Assembly (NCBI GenBank): GCA_013044285.1
Contig: JABEUS010000110.1
Span: forward strand, 1 to 47,312
Length of the DNA stretch: 47,312 bases
Origin: Acidimicrobiaceae bacterium
GTDB taxonomy: Bacteria; Actinomycetota; Acidimicrobiia; Acidimicrobiales; RAAP-2
Direction of reading: 5' to 3'
Shown: one piece after another, positions 23,508-32,603 of the stretch
Layout: each line of letters opens with the position of its first letter
Position numbering within the stretch: position 1 is the stretch's first letter
Position numbers and translations under genes: made by a program
The notes under the pieces: generated by a model
Told to the model about the DNA's origin: nothing
Databases searched by the model: none
Seen by the model: the letters and a program-made list of their open reading frames with translations, nothing else

Positions 23508-24469
23508 AGGCCCATCGCTTCGGCGGCGGCCCGGTAGAGCGGTTCGGCGGTCGCGACCGCCTTGTCGGCTCCGCGCGTAGCGACCTGGCGCAGGAGGGTC
23601 TCGTCCTCGCGAATGTCGAGGAACCGGAGGCGGAGGGGCTCGAGAGCACCGACCACGGCCTCAGCGACGTCGGATTTGAGGTCCCCGTAACGCTGGTAGC
23701 GCGCGGCGACACTCTCGGGCGCTTCGTCGCTCAACGACGCGAGAATCTCCAAAAGGTTGCTCAACCCGGGCTTGTCGTCGCGGTCGTAGCGCACCTCTCC
23801 GTCGGTATCGGTCACGGCCTTTTTCACCTTGCGCACAATCTCGTCCGGTTCATCCAGCACGTAGATCGTCCCGAGGGGCGAGTTGAGGGACTTCGACATC
23901 TTGCGCGAGGGGTCTTGGAGATCCATGACTCGCGCCGCGAAGGGCGGCGCGACCGCCTCGGGCACGGTGAAGACCTCACCGTAGCGATTGTTGAAGCGCT
24001 CGGCGATATTACGGGCGAGTTCGAGGTGCTGGCGCTGATCGTCCCCGACCGGCACCTGTTCGGCGCGGTAGAGGAGAATATCGGCGGCCATGAGGACGGG
24101 GTAGGTGAGTAGCCCCACCCGGTAGCCCTCCTGGCGACCCGACTTCTCCTTGAACTGGGTCATTCGGGTGAGTTCGCCGTAGGAGGCGACGCACTCGAGG
24201 AGCCAGTTCAATTGGGCGTGGTAGGGAACGTGACTCTGAATAAAGAGAGTGCATTGCTCCGGATCGAGCCCGGCCGCCACCAAGATGGCCAGGGTATCGA
24301 GAGTCTGGACGCGCAGACGATCCGGGGGAATGTCGAGAGTGAGCGAGTGCAGGTCCACCACCGCGTAGTAGGCGTCGGCGTCCTGGGCGCTCACCCACTG
24401 GCGAATGGCGCCTAGGTAGTTGCCCAGGTGACCCACACCCGACGGTTGGATACCCGAGAGAATTCGCAT
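23504..24469 (-). CDS. trpS: Tryptophan--tRNA ligase
   Basis: SGIQPSG..HLGNY.GA, YP.LMAADIL, VPVG.DQ.QH.EL, KMSKS. Confidence 0.98.
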   Translation of the reverse strand: MRILSGIQPSGVGHLGNYLGAIRQWVSAQDADAYYAVVDLHSLTLDIPPDRLRVQTLDTLAILVAAGLDPEQCTLFIQSHVPYHAQLNWLLECVASYGELTRMTQFKEKSGRQEGYRVGLLTYPVLMAADILLYRAEQVPVGDDQRQHLELARNIAERFNNRYGEVFTVPEAVAPPFAARVMDLQDPSRKMSKSLNSPLGTIYVLDEPDEIVRKVKKAVTDTDGEVRYDRDDKPGLSNLLEILASLSDEAPESVAARYQRYGDLKSDVAEAVVGALEPLRLRFLDIREDETLLRQVATRGADKAVATAEPLYRAAAEAMGL

Positions 24470-24475
24470 GGGACC

Positions 24476-24512
24476 ATGCTAGAAGAACCACTCTCTCGTT
24501 CTTGGCTAGAGT
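24476..24512. promoter_or_regulatory. Back-to-back putative leaderless promoters for trpS (TAGCAT, minus, 24476-24481) and scpA (TAGAGT, plus, 24507-24512)
   Basis: Each TANNNT lies 6-7 nt from its start codon; an AAGAAC..GTTCTT inverted repeat lies between them. Confidence 0.6.
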
Positions 24513-24519
24513 TCACGCC

Positions 24520-25296
24520 GTGACATACGTCGTGACGACGCCGTCGTTCTCGGGACCCGTCGAAGTCCTCCTCCAACTCATCAGTTCCCACGAACTGGAC
24601 GTTGTCGACATCCCTCTCGCCTCGGTGGTCGACCAGTTTGTCGATACCCTAAAGAACCGTCGGGAGAGCCTCGAGGTCGAAGAGATCTCCGAGTTCTTGC
24701 TCATCGGGGCCATCTTGCTCGAGATGAAGTCCCAACGACTCCTCCCGGGCCGTGACGATACCGAACCAGACGAGGAGTTCATTGGTTGGGAAGAACGTGA
24801 CGTTCTGCTCGCTCGACTCCTCGAACTACGTACCTACGCCGGGGCGGCCGACGCCTTCGTCGCCTACTTCGAACGGGCCGCTCGGTCGTATCCTCGCCTC
24901 AGTGGTCTCAACGAGGGGTTCGTCGTCACGCCCCCGGACCTACTCGCGGGAGTCAGTCCGGCCCAACTAGCCCAGGCCTACCTACGAGGTATCGAGGAGA
25001 AGCCGGTCCCCGTGGTTCGACTGCACCACGTGACCGTGGACGCCGTCACCGTCGCCGAGACGGTGGTGGTCTTGGCCGAACGTCTCCCGCTACTCGGTCG
25101 AGTGAGCTTCCGCGAACTGATCCGGGGGCTCGAGACCCGCATTGAGATCATCGTGCACTTTCTCGCCCTGCTGGAGCTGTGCAAGCTTGGTCACGTCGAA
25201 CTCGGCCAGGGGGAGACCTTCGGCGACGTGGAGGTCACCTGGGTGGAGCAGGGTGAGGGACTGGACCTCGGAAGGGTGGATGTCTATGAGGGATGA
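24520..25296 (+). CDS. scpA: Segregation and condensation protein A
   Basis: F.GP...LL.LI...ELD...I.L, SEFL..A.LL.MKS..LLP, FLALLEL.K. Confidence 0.93.
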   Translation: MTYVVTTPSFSGPVEVLLQLISSHELDVVDIPLASVVDQFVDTLKNRRESLEVEEISEFLLIGAILLEMKSQRLLPGRDDTEPDEEFIGWEERDVLLARLLELRTYAGAADAFVAYFERAARSYPRLSGLNEGFVVTPPDLLAGVSPAQLAQAYLRGIEEKPVPVVRLHHVTVDAVTVAETVVVLAERLPLLGRVSFRELIRGLETRIEIIVHFLALLELCKLGHVELGQGETFGDVEVTWVEQGEGLDLGRVDVYEG

Positions 25297-25864
25297 ACAG
25301 TCCATGGCCCAGCGCCTCGAGGCGATGATGACCGTGGCGCTCGAACCGATCAGTGCCGCCGAACTCGCCGACGTGCTCGGAGTGGGCACCGAGGAGGTGC
25401 AGCGCGAACTTCAGCGACTCCGGAAGGAGTACGCCCAGGAGCGTCGGGGGTTCGTTCTCGTAGAACTAGCCAGTGGGTGGGCGTTCCAGTCTCACCCGGA
25501 CGTCGCCGAGTGGGTGACCCGCTTCGCCAATCGAGACGTCTCGCACCGTCTCTCCTCGGCCGCGCTCGAGACCCTGGCGATTGTCGCCTACCGTCAACCC
25601 ATCTCGCGGACCCAAATTTCGGCACTACGGGGAGTGAACGTCGACGGAGTCATGCGCCTACTCGAGCAGCGCGGCTACGTCGAAGAGAAGGGGAGGGTCG
25701 CCGGACCGGGCCAGTCCATCCTCTACGGCACCACCGAGACCTTCCTCGACCGTCTGGGTCTCGCCCACATCTCCGATCTACCCCCCATCGACCAGTTCCT
25801 CGTCCCCATCGAGACCGCCCGCGAGATCGCCGGCCGCTGGGCCGGGGACATCGAGGAGAGCTAG
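25286..25864 (+). CDS. scpB: SMC-Scp complex subunit ScpB
   Basis: RLS.AALETLAIVAYRQP..R..I..RGV, GPG...LYGTT..FL..LGL....LPP. Confidence 0.96.
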   Translation: MRDEQSMAQRLEAMMTVALEPISAAELADVLGVGTEEVQRELQRLRKEYAQERRGFVLVELASGWAFQSHPDVAEWVTRFANRDVSHRLSSAALETLAIVAYRQPISRTQISALRGVNVDGVMRLLEQRGYVEEKGRVAGPGQSILYGTTETFLDRLGLAHISDLPPIDQFLVPIETAREIAGRWAGDIEES

Positions 25865-26611
25865 ATGGAACCCACCGAGGGAGAACGACTCCAGAAGGTC
25901 CTCGCGCGAGCGGGTTACGGTTCGCGCCGGACCTGTGAGATTCTGATCGAGGAGGGCCGGGTCACGATCGACGGGCGCCGAGCCGAACTCGGTAATCGTG
26001 TCGATCCCGAGCGCAACGTGATTTGCGTCGACGGGTCGCTCGCCCCGGTCGCCCCCTCGAAGGTCTACTTCCTTCTCAATAAGCCCGCCGGTATCGTCAC
26101 GACCGCCCACGACCCCCAGGGTCGTCCGACGGTGCTCTCTCTCATCGATACCGCCGAGCGCATCTTTCCGGTGGGTCGACTCGACATGAACACCGAGGGG
26201 TTACTCATTCTGACGAACGACGGTCGCCTGGCCCACCTGCTCACCCATCCGTCGTCGGGCGTGACGAAGGAGTACCTGGTGCGCGTCGAGGGGGACCCTT
26301 CGCCCGGGGCCCTGCGTCGCCTGCGCGAGGGCGTCGAGCTAGAAGACGGGCGAACAAGTCCCGCCCAGGTGTCACGGGTCTCCGAGGGACTGTTACGCAT
26401 CGTGATCCACGAGGGACGAAATCGCCAGGTGCGCCGAATGTGCCTGGCCGTCGGTCACGAGGTGACTCGGCTCGTACGGACCCGAATCGGTCCGATCCAC
26501 GACGCGACTCTGGCGCCCGGGGCTTCTCGCCAACTGTCCCTCGGCGAGGTGCGCCGACTGATGGAAGCGGTGGGACTCAGTGACGAGGTGGCCTCGTCCA
26601 TGCCATCATGA
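25865..26611 (+). CDS. rluB: rRNA pseudouridine synthase (RluB/RsuA family)
   Basis: S4 domain (RLQKVLA.AG..SRR), LNKP.G, VGRLD, EGRNRQVRRM. Confidence 0.92.
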   Translation: MEPTEGERLQKVLARAGYGSRRTCEILIEEGRVTIDGRRAELGNRVDPERNVICVDGSLAPVAPSKVYFLLNKPAGIVTTAHDPQGRPTVLSLIDTAERIFPVGRLDMNTEGLLILTNDGRLAHLLTHPSSGVTKEYLVRVEGDPSPGALRRLREGVELEDGRTSPAQVSRVSEGLLRIVIHEGRNRQVRRMCLAVGHEVTRLVRTRIGPIHDATLAPGASRQLSLGEVRRLMEAVGLSDEVASSMPS

Positions 26612-26976
26612 GTGCCGTGAAAGTTCGAGCTATTCGTGGGGCCACCACCGTCGCACTCGACGAGGCCGACGAGATCTACGCCGCCACTCGGGAGTTGCTC
26701 GCCGAGATGCTCTCGCGTAACGAGATCCCCCTCGAGGACATCATCTCGGTACTCTTTACGACCTCGCCCGACCTCGTGGGGGCGTTTCCGGCGACCGCGG
26801 CCCGCAGTCTGGGATTCGCTGACGTTCCCCTGATGTGCGCCAGTGAGATCGCCGTGCCCGGGGCTCTCGGGCACTGTATCCGAATCATGATGCACGTCCA
26901 CAGCGAACTGCCGCGCGCCAACGTGCGCCACGTCTACCTCCGCGACGCCGTCGCCTTGCGCAGTGATCTCGTCTAA
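26608..26976 (+). CDS. aroH: Chorismate mutase, AroH class
   Basis: VRAIRGAT, FT...DL...FPA.AAR, VPL.C..E..V.G....CIR, HVYL..A..LR.DL. Confidence 0.95.
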   Translation: MSAVKVRAIRGATTVALDEADEIYAATRELLAEMLSRNEIPLEDIISVLFTTSPDLVGAFPATAARSLGFADVPLMCASEIAVPGALGHCIRIMMHVHSELPRANVRHVYLRDAVALRSDLV

Positions 26977-28027
26977 ACGCGCCCACGTCGTCGGACTGGG
27001 CCTCATTGGATCGTCCGTTGCCCGCGCCCTCACCCGTTCCGGCTGGACGGTGACCGGTAACGACCTCGACGAGGGCGTACGCACACTGGCCCTCGACTCG
27101 GGTGTCGTCCAGTCCTCGACGTTCGATCCCGGGGTTGATCTCGTGGTCGTCGCAACTCCCGCCGGTGCCGTGGTGGAGGTGGCCCTCGGGCTCTTATCGG
27201 TGTTGTCCCCGCACGCCGTCGTCACTGATGTGGCCGGGGTGAAAGAGACCATCGCCCACGAGGTCACCGATCCGCGCATGGTTCCCGGTCACCCCATGGC
27301 CGGATCGGAACTTCGCGGACTCGCTGGTTCGCGCGCCGACATGTTCGAAGGGGCGACCTGGGTCCTGACCCCGACCCCGACGACCGATCCCCACGCCTAC
27401 GCCCTGGTGCACCAGGCCGTGAGGGAGATGGGCGCTCACGTCGTCGCCCTCGACGCGGGAGACCACGATCGACTCGTCGCCCTCGCGAGCCACGTTCCCC
27501 ACCTCCTCGCCGGAGCACTCATGAACGAGGCGTCGCTGACCGCTCGAGAAGACGCGGTTCTTCTACAACTCGCGGCCGGGGGCTTTCGCGACATGACCCG
27601 TATCGCCGCCGGTGATCCCCTCATGTGGCCCGACGTTCTGTTAGAGAATCGTCGAGCGGTCAGCGCGACCCTGGACGACCTCATCGAACGACTGAGGGAA
27701 CTGCGACGAGTCGTCGCCGACCAGGACCGGCCCGCGCTCGAGAGCACTCTCCAGAGCGCCGCGCTCGCCCGGCGCCACCTGCCCGGCCGTGCGGTGAGTG
27801 CGGAGCGACTCGCGCACCTGCGCGTCGAGATCTCCGACCGACCCGGAGCACTCGCCACCATCACCACGCTGGCCTCCGATCGGCGGGTCAATATCTTCGA
27901 TATCGAGATTGCCCACCACGTCGAGGGAACGAGCGGAACCCTCCTACTCGCGGTCGACGCCGAGGTCGCCGACGAGTTCGTGGGAGCCCTGCGCGCACTC
28001 GGGTTCGCCGGGGGGAGGGACCGATGA
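26963..28027 (+). CDS. tyrA: Prephenate/arogenate dehydrogenase with C-terminal ACT domain
   Basis: GLGLIG.S, TDV.GVK, GHPMAGSE, HD..VA..SHVP, GFRD.TRIA, ACT motif DRPG.LA. Confidence 0.94.
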   Translation: MISSKRAHVVGLGLIGSSVARALTRSGWTVTGNDLDEGVRTLALDSGVVQSSTFDPGVDLVVVATPAGAVVEVALGLLSVLSPHAVVTDVAGVKETIAHEVTDPRMVPGHPMAGSELRGLAGSRADMFEGATWVLTPTPTTDPHAYALVHQAVREMGAHVVALDAGDHDRLVALASHVPHLLAGALMNEASLTAREDAVLLQLAAGGFRDMTRIAAGDPLMWPDVLLENRRAVSATLDDLIERLRELRRVVADQDRPALESTLQSAALARRHLPGRAVSAERLAHLRVEISDRPGALATITTLASDRRVNIFDIEIAHHVEGTSGTLLLAVDAEVADEFVGALRALGFAGGRDR

Positions 28028-29304
28028 CGCGCGACGTGACCGTGGCGTCTCGCCTCGAAGGTTCGGTACGGGTCCCGGGGGACAAGAGTGGTTCTCACCG
28101 GGCACTCCTGCTCTCGGCACTCGCCGACGGTGAGTCGACCATCGAAGGACTGTCGGCGGGAGAAGACGTGCGCTCGAGTGCACGGATCGTCGGACAACTC
28201 GGTGCCCGCGTGACCCCGAGTGGTTCCTCGGTGAGTGTCGTTGGCCCCCCCGAGGGGCTCGGCGCCACCCCAGAAGCGCTCGACTGCGGTAACTCGGGGA
28301 CGACGATGCGACTCCTCAGTGGACTGCTCGCCGGAGTCGCCGGCACTCACCACCTCGTGGGTGATGACTCTCTGTCTCGTCGACCCATGGACCGAGTCGC
28401 GCAACCGCTCTCGTTGATGGGCGCCCGGGTACAGGGAGTCGGAGAACGGGTCTGTGCGCCCCTCACCATTGTGGGCCAGTCCCACCTGCGCGCCATTGAC
28501 TACACCGTGCCCGTGCCCTCGGCCCAGGTGAAGTCGGCGATTCTGCTGGCGGGACTGCGTGCGGAGGGAGAAACGGTCGTGCACGAGGCCGTCCGTACTC
28601 GTCCCACGACCGAGATGATGTTGCGCCAGGCCGGGGTCGATATTGACATCGACGAAACCCACTCGGGACGGACCGTGCGTCTCCGGCACTCCCGGCCGCT
28701 CGCGCGCCACTGGCGAGTGCCCGCCGATCCCTCCCAGGCCGCCTTCTTCGTGGTTCTCGGAGCCCTGCACCCCCACGCGGAGATCCGCGTCGCCGAGATG
28801 GACGACGCGCCCGAGCGGACTGGATTCTTATCGGTGTTACTGCGCATGGGGGCACAACTGGAGCTCACTCGCAGTGCGCAGGGACTCGGTGTGGTGGCGC
28901 GCTCCAGCGATCTGACCGCCACCGACATCGACTCCTCCGAGATTCCGTCCGTCGATGAGGTACCCATCCTCGCCGTCGCGGCCGCCGGCGCCCGGGGTCG
29001 GAGTCGCTTTACGCGAATGGGGGAGTTGCGTCTCAAGGAATCGGACCGCTTCGCTGGATCACTGGCCCTCGCCACGTCGCTCGGGTGTGCCGTGGGCTCA
29101 GAAGGTGACGACTTTTGGATCGAGGGACTGGGTTCGGCCGATCATTTTCACGCGTTCGAGATCGACGCCGGTCTCGACCACCGCATCGTCATGTCGAGCG
29201 CCGTAGCCGGAGTCTGCGGACGGGGCGCCCGCATCGGGGGAGTAGAGACGGTGGCTTCGAGTTACCCCAACTTCTTCGCCGATCTGGACGGACTCCGCGC
29301 GTGA
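28024..29304 (+). CDS. aroA: 3-phosphoshikimate 1-carboxyvinyltransferase (class II EPSP synthase)
   Basis: PGDKS.SHR, DCGNSGTTMRL, RRPM.R, SAQVKSA, ELR.KESDR, DHRI.M; ATG 28024. Confidence 0.97.
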   Translation: MTRDVTVASRLEGSVRVPGDKSGSHRALLLSALADGESTIEGLSAGEDVRSSARIVGQLGARVTPSGSSVSVVGPPEGLGATPEALDCGNSGTTMRLLSGLLAGVAGTHHLVGDDSLSRRPMDRVAQPLSLMGARVQGVGERVCAPLTIVGQSHLRAIDYTVPVPSAQVKSAILLAGLRAEGETVVHEAVRTRPTTEMMLRQAGVDIDIDETHSGRTVRLRHSRPLARHWRVPADPSQAAFFVVLGALHPHAEIRVAEMDDAPERTGFLSVLLRMGAQLELTRSAQGLGVVARSSDLTATDIDSSEIPSVDEVPILAVAAAGARGRSRFTRMGELRLKESDRFAGSLALATSLGCAVGSEGDDFWIEGLGSADHFHAFEIDAGLDHRIVMSSAVAGVCGRGARIGGVETVASSYPNFFADLDGLRA

Positions 29305-29927
29305 GCACCATCATCGCCATCGATGGTCCCGCCGGGTCCGGAAAGTCGACTCTGGCCCGCGCGCTGGCCGAGCGGCTCTCCTTCGACGTCCTCGACACCG
29401 GGGCTATGTATCGAGCCCTCACCGTCGAGTGCCTCCGTCGAGGAGTGGACGTGACGAGCGACGAAGCGGTGAGTGACGTCGCCCACGCCATTCACGTGAC
29501 CACGCTGCCCGACGTCCGGGTCGACGGACGGCTCGTCGACGACCAGTTACGGACCCCCGAGGTGAATATCGCGGTCTCGATCGTCGCGGCTCTCCCGGCC
29601 GCTCGCGCCGCCATGGTTCGCGCTCAGCGCGAGCAGGCGGCGGCCAGTACCCGCGGTCTGGTCGCCGAGGGTCGCGACCTCACCACGGTGGTCTTTCCCG
29701 ACGCGACGATCAAGATCTTCTTAACGGCCAGTCTCGACGAGCGAGCTCGTCGAAGAGGAGAGGAGTCGAGGGACTCCGTGGCGAGGCGCGACCACCTCGA
29801 CAGCACCCGTTCGGCCTCGCCTCTACGCCAGGCGAACGACGCTCGTCTGCTCGATACCACCGGCCGTTCGGTCGCGGAGTTGGTGGAGGAGGTGGTGGGA
29901 TGGCTCGAGAACATCACCTCGAACTAA
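29301..29927 (+). CDS. cmk: Cytidylate kinase
   Basis: IAIDGPAGSGKST, DTGAMYRA, EGRD..TVVFPDA, RD..DS.R..SPL. Confidence 0.96.
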   Translation: MSTIIAIDGPAGSGKSTLARALAERLSFDVLDTGAMYRALTVECLRRGVDVTSDEAVSDVAHAIHVTTLPDVRVDGRLVDDQLRTPEVNIAVSIVAALPAARAAMVRAQREQAAASTRGLVAEGRDLTTVVFPDATIKIFLTASLDERARRRGEESRDSVARRDHLDSTRSASPLRQANDARLLDTTGRSVAELVEEVVGWLENITSN

Positions 29928-30571
29928 ATCCGTCGAAGACCCTCTTCTATCGAACGGTCGCCGGGCTGCTGCGCTTTCTGAGTGGTCTCCTCTTTCGGCC
30001 CCGAGTGTCGGGCGCCGAGTTCATTCCTGACGAGGGGCCGATCATCATCGCCCCGACGCACCGATCGAATCTCGACTTCGCCTTCAGTCTTTTTCTGTCG
30101 CGGCGCAAGATCTTCTTCATGGCTAAACAGTCGCTCTTTGACGTGCCGATACTCGGACGCGTACTCGTCGCCCTGGGGGCCTTTCCCGTCACCCGGGGAG
30201 CGGCGGACCGCGACGCGATGAAGGCCGCCGAACGGGTTCTCCACGAAGGCCACGCTCTCTTGATGTTCCCCGAAGGAACCCGCAGTGAGGGCTCGGAGAT
30301 ACTGCCCCTCCACGACGGAGCGATGTTCGTGGCGGCGCGCACGCGCGCGCGCGTGGTGCCCGTAGGCATCGCCGGCTCAGAGGTCGCGCTGGCTCCCGGA
30401 GCAAAGATGGTTCGACCCCACCGAGTAGATATCGTGATTGGTTCGCCCATCGAACCTCCGACGGGGGAGGGTCGACCCACTCGCGCTCAGATTACCGAGA
30501 AAACGGCGGAACTCCAGGAGCGTCTCCACACCGCCTTTCGCGACGCCCGTGAGCGAAACGACGCGCAGTAG
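29900..30571 (+). CDS. plsC: 1-acyl-sn-glycerol-3-phosphate acyltransferase family
   Basis: HRSNLD (Hx4D), FMAK..LF, GAFPV.RG, FPEGTRS. Confidence 0.9.
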   Translation: MAREHHLELNPSKTLFYRTVAGLLRFLSGLLFRPRVSGAEFIPDEGPIIIAPTHRSNLDFAFSLFLSRRKIFFMAKQSLFDVPILGRVLVALGAFPVTRGAADRDAMKAAERVLHEGHALLMFPEGTRSEGSEILPLHDGAMFVAARTRARVVPVGIAGSEVALAPGAKMVRPHRVDIVIGSPIEPPTGEGRPTRAQITEKTAELQERLHTAFRDARERNDAQ

Positions 30572-30580
30572 CGACGCGAG

Positions 30581-31408
30581 TTAGTGGGCGGCGGGACGAC
30601 GCGGGCCACCGCGCTCGCGCCAGTAGGTGCCAAAGACCACCTTGGCGTAGCGGAACCCGAAGAGCCAGTTCTTGCCCTTCTTCGTCGTCCCCGAGGCTCG
30701 GGGGTGCCAGATCGTCGGCACCTCGGCGGGGCGGTATCCCCGTCGCAAGCAGACGATAATGAGTTCCGAGGTCTGGTACTGGGTCTGAATGAGACGGTCC
30801 ACCACCTCGGCGAGCATGGAGACGCGTAGTCCCCGGTATCCGGTCGAGGTGTCGGTCAAGTGCGCTCCCACCATCCGATTGATGATGAAGGAGAAGAAGC
30901 GCACGCCCACCTTGCGGACCATGTCGCCGGTCTCGTCGGTGCCGAGTACCCGGCTGGTGAGAACGAAGTCCGCCCGATCCTCGACGAGAGGATCAAGAAG
31001 ATTGCCCATCTCGTTCGGGTCGTTCTGCCCGTCGGCGTCGAGCGTGACGACGTACTTGGCTCCCCGGTCGATGCAGTAGCGGTACGTGACCTGGAGGGCC
31101 ACTCCGTGACCCAGGTTGACGGGAAACTCAATAACCTGGACTCCCGGGAAGCTGCGCGCAATCTCCGCCGTGCGGTCTGATCCTCCGTCTACGACGACGA
31201 GCGTGGTGTAGGGGTGACCGTTGATGGTCTCGGGCATCTTCTCGAGCACCTGGCCGATGTTGCCCTCTTCTTCGTACGCGCACAGGGAGGCGATAGTCTC
31301 TTCGGGCGTGAAGTCAGGATTCTCCGCGTCGTACCGTTCGAGGGCCTGGCGAATGGCGTACTGGCGCAGAGCCTCGCCACGACGCTTCTCGAGATCCACC
31401 TTGGCCAT
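30581..31408 (-). CDS. Family 2 glycosyltransferase, polyprenol-phosphate glycosyltransferase (DPM1-like)
   Basis: AY.EE.NI, VVDGGSD.T, N.GHG.AL, TLDADGQ (DxD), TD.S.G.R, EVP.....R..G. Confidence 0.88.
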   Translation of the reverse strand: MAKVDLEKRRGEALRQYAIRQALERYDAENPDFTPEETIASLCAYEEEGNIGQVLEKMPETINGHPYTTLVVVDGGSDRTAEIARSFPGVQVIEFPVNLGHGVALQVTYRYCIDRGAKYVVTLDADGQNDPNEMGNLLDPLVEDRADFVLTSRVLGTDETGDMVRKVGVRFFSFIINRMVGAHLTDTSTGYRGLRVSMLAEVVDRLIQTQYQTSELIIVCLRRGYRPAEVPTIWHPRASGTTKKGKNWLFGFRYAKVVFGTYWRERGGPRRPAAH

Positions 31409-31492
31409 CTGACAAATCCCTTCACCTAAGGTGCCCGGGACCGACGCCCACGGAACAGTAAGAGATTATCAACCCGGCCGAAACGGCCCGGA

Positions 31493-32530
31493 TTAGCGGG
31501 CCGCGGCGGCGAGGACCTGAGCTGCGGTGAACTCCCGGTCCGCCGCCACGTCGAAACCCGGACGGGCTTCTCCGAAGAGCGCGACCGAGGTGAGAGTGCT
31601 GAGGGCCCGCAGGATTTCGCGCAACTCGGGTGGGGGAGGGAAGTACTCGTCCTCGGTGACAAAGGACGACAGTTCCACCCCCTGGCGGGGGTTCAAACGC
31701 TGGAGAACGGCTTCGACGAGAGACTCGGGGGCGGACGCCCCGGCCGTCAGAGCGACGACTCCGTCGAGATCGTCCGGTAGTTCGTCTGCTCCATTGACCC
31801 GGAGGACTCGAGGACAACCAGCCGCCCGGGCCACGTTCGTGAGGGCCACCGTGTTGGACGAGTTCGCCGAACCGATCACCACTACCGCGTCGGCCCGGGA
31901 CGCGAGAGTGCGCAGGGCCCCTTGCCGGTTCGTCGTGGCGAAACACAGGTCGGAGCGATTGGGCATCCAGATGTCGGGAATGATGGCGAGGGCGTACTCG
32001 CGCAGGTCCGCCCACTCGTCTTCGGAGAGAGTCGTCTGGGACAACAGTGCGTAGGGTCCCGGCCTCGTCGCCGCCTCGTCAATGTCCTCCCGGGACTGAA
32101 TGAGGACGACCGAGTCCGGGGCGACGGCCATCGTTCCGACGGCCTCCTCGTGACCCTCGTGTCCCACGTAGAGAACGGTGTAGCCCTTGCGCGAGCGCAC
32201 TTTGAGCTCGTGATGAACTTTCGTCACTAAGGGACACACCGCGTCGACCACCACCCGGTCACCCCGGCGCGCCGCCTCCACTAACTGGGGGGGTGACCCG
32301 TGGGCGCTCAGCATCAGTGGTGCTCCGGGCGGAACCTGATCCACATCGTCGACGAAGATAACTCCGAGCGAACGAAAATGATCGACCACGAAGCGATTGT
32401 GCACAATCTCGTGGTAGCAGTAGACGGGAGCCTCGAAGATTCGAGTCATCCAGTCGAGGGCCTTGATGGCTTTTTCCACTCCCGCACAAAACCCCCGGGG
32501 GGAGGCGAGCAAAACTTTGTCCACGGCCAC
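31493..32530 (-). CDS. ispH: 4-hydroxy-3-methylbut-2-enyl diphosphate reductase
   Basis: PRGFCAGV, EIVHN, SAHG, DAVCPLV.KVH, GH..H.E, C.AT.NRQ, NSSN, TAGASAPE. Confidence 0.98.
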   Translation of the reverse strand: MAVDKVLLASPRGFCAGVEKAIKALDWMTRIFEAPVYCYHEIVHNRFVVDHFRSLGVIFVDDVDQVPPGAPLMLSAHGSPPQLVEAARRGDRVVVDAVCPLVTKVHHELKVRSRKGYTVLYVGHEGHEEAVGTMAVAPDSVVLIQSREDIDEAATRPGPYALLSQTTLSEDEWADLREYALAIIPDIWMPNRSDLCFATTNRQGALRTLASRADAVVVIGSANSSNTVALTNVARAAGCPRVLRVNGADELPDDLDGVVALTAGASAPESLVEAVLQRLNPRQGVELSSFVTEDEYFPPPPELREILRALSTLTSVALFGEARPGFDVAADREFTAAQVLAAAAR

Positions 32531-32536
32531 CCACCT

Positions 32537-32597
32537 AGCCTAATTCGCCCCCCGCTCTCGTCATTCTGGCTGATGAGCAGCGCACGGGCCCTAGGCT
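32537..32597. promoter_or_regulatory. Quasi-palindromic bidirectional promoter region for ispH and the radical SAM gene
   Basis: TAGGCT-N6-GTG on both strands (32537-32542 minus; 32592-32597 plus); central inverted repeat CTCGTCA-N7-TGATGAG (32557-32577). Confidence 0.6.
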
Positions 32598-32603
32598 GGT
32601 CGG

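Noticed and set aside
23504-24511. CTAGAG at both ends of trpS as invertible-switch repeats
   Set aside because: Only 6 bp, and explained by overlapping TAG stops at one end and a -10 element at the other
27436-28776. Long antisense/alternate-frame ORFs (also 4006-5073, 33286-34287, 38562-39809)
   Set aside because: Typical high-GC shadow ORFs over well-conserved genes, with no recognisable motifs
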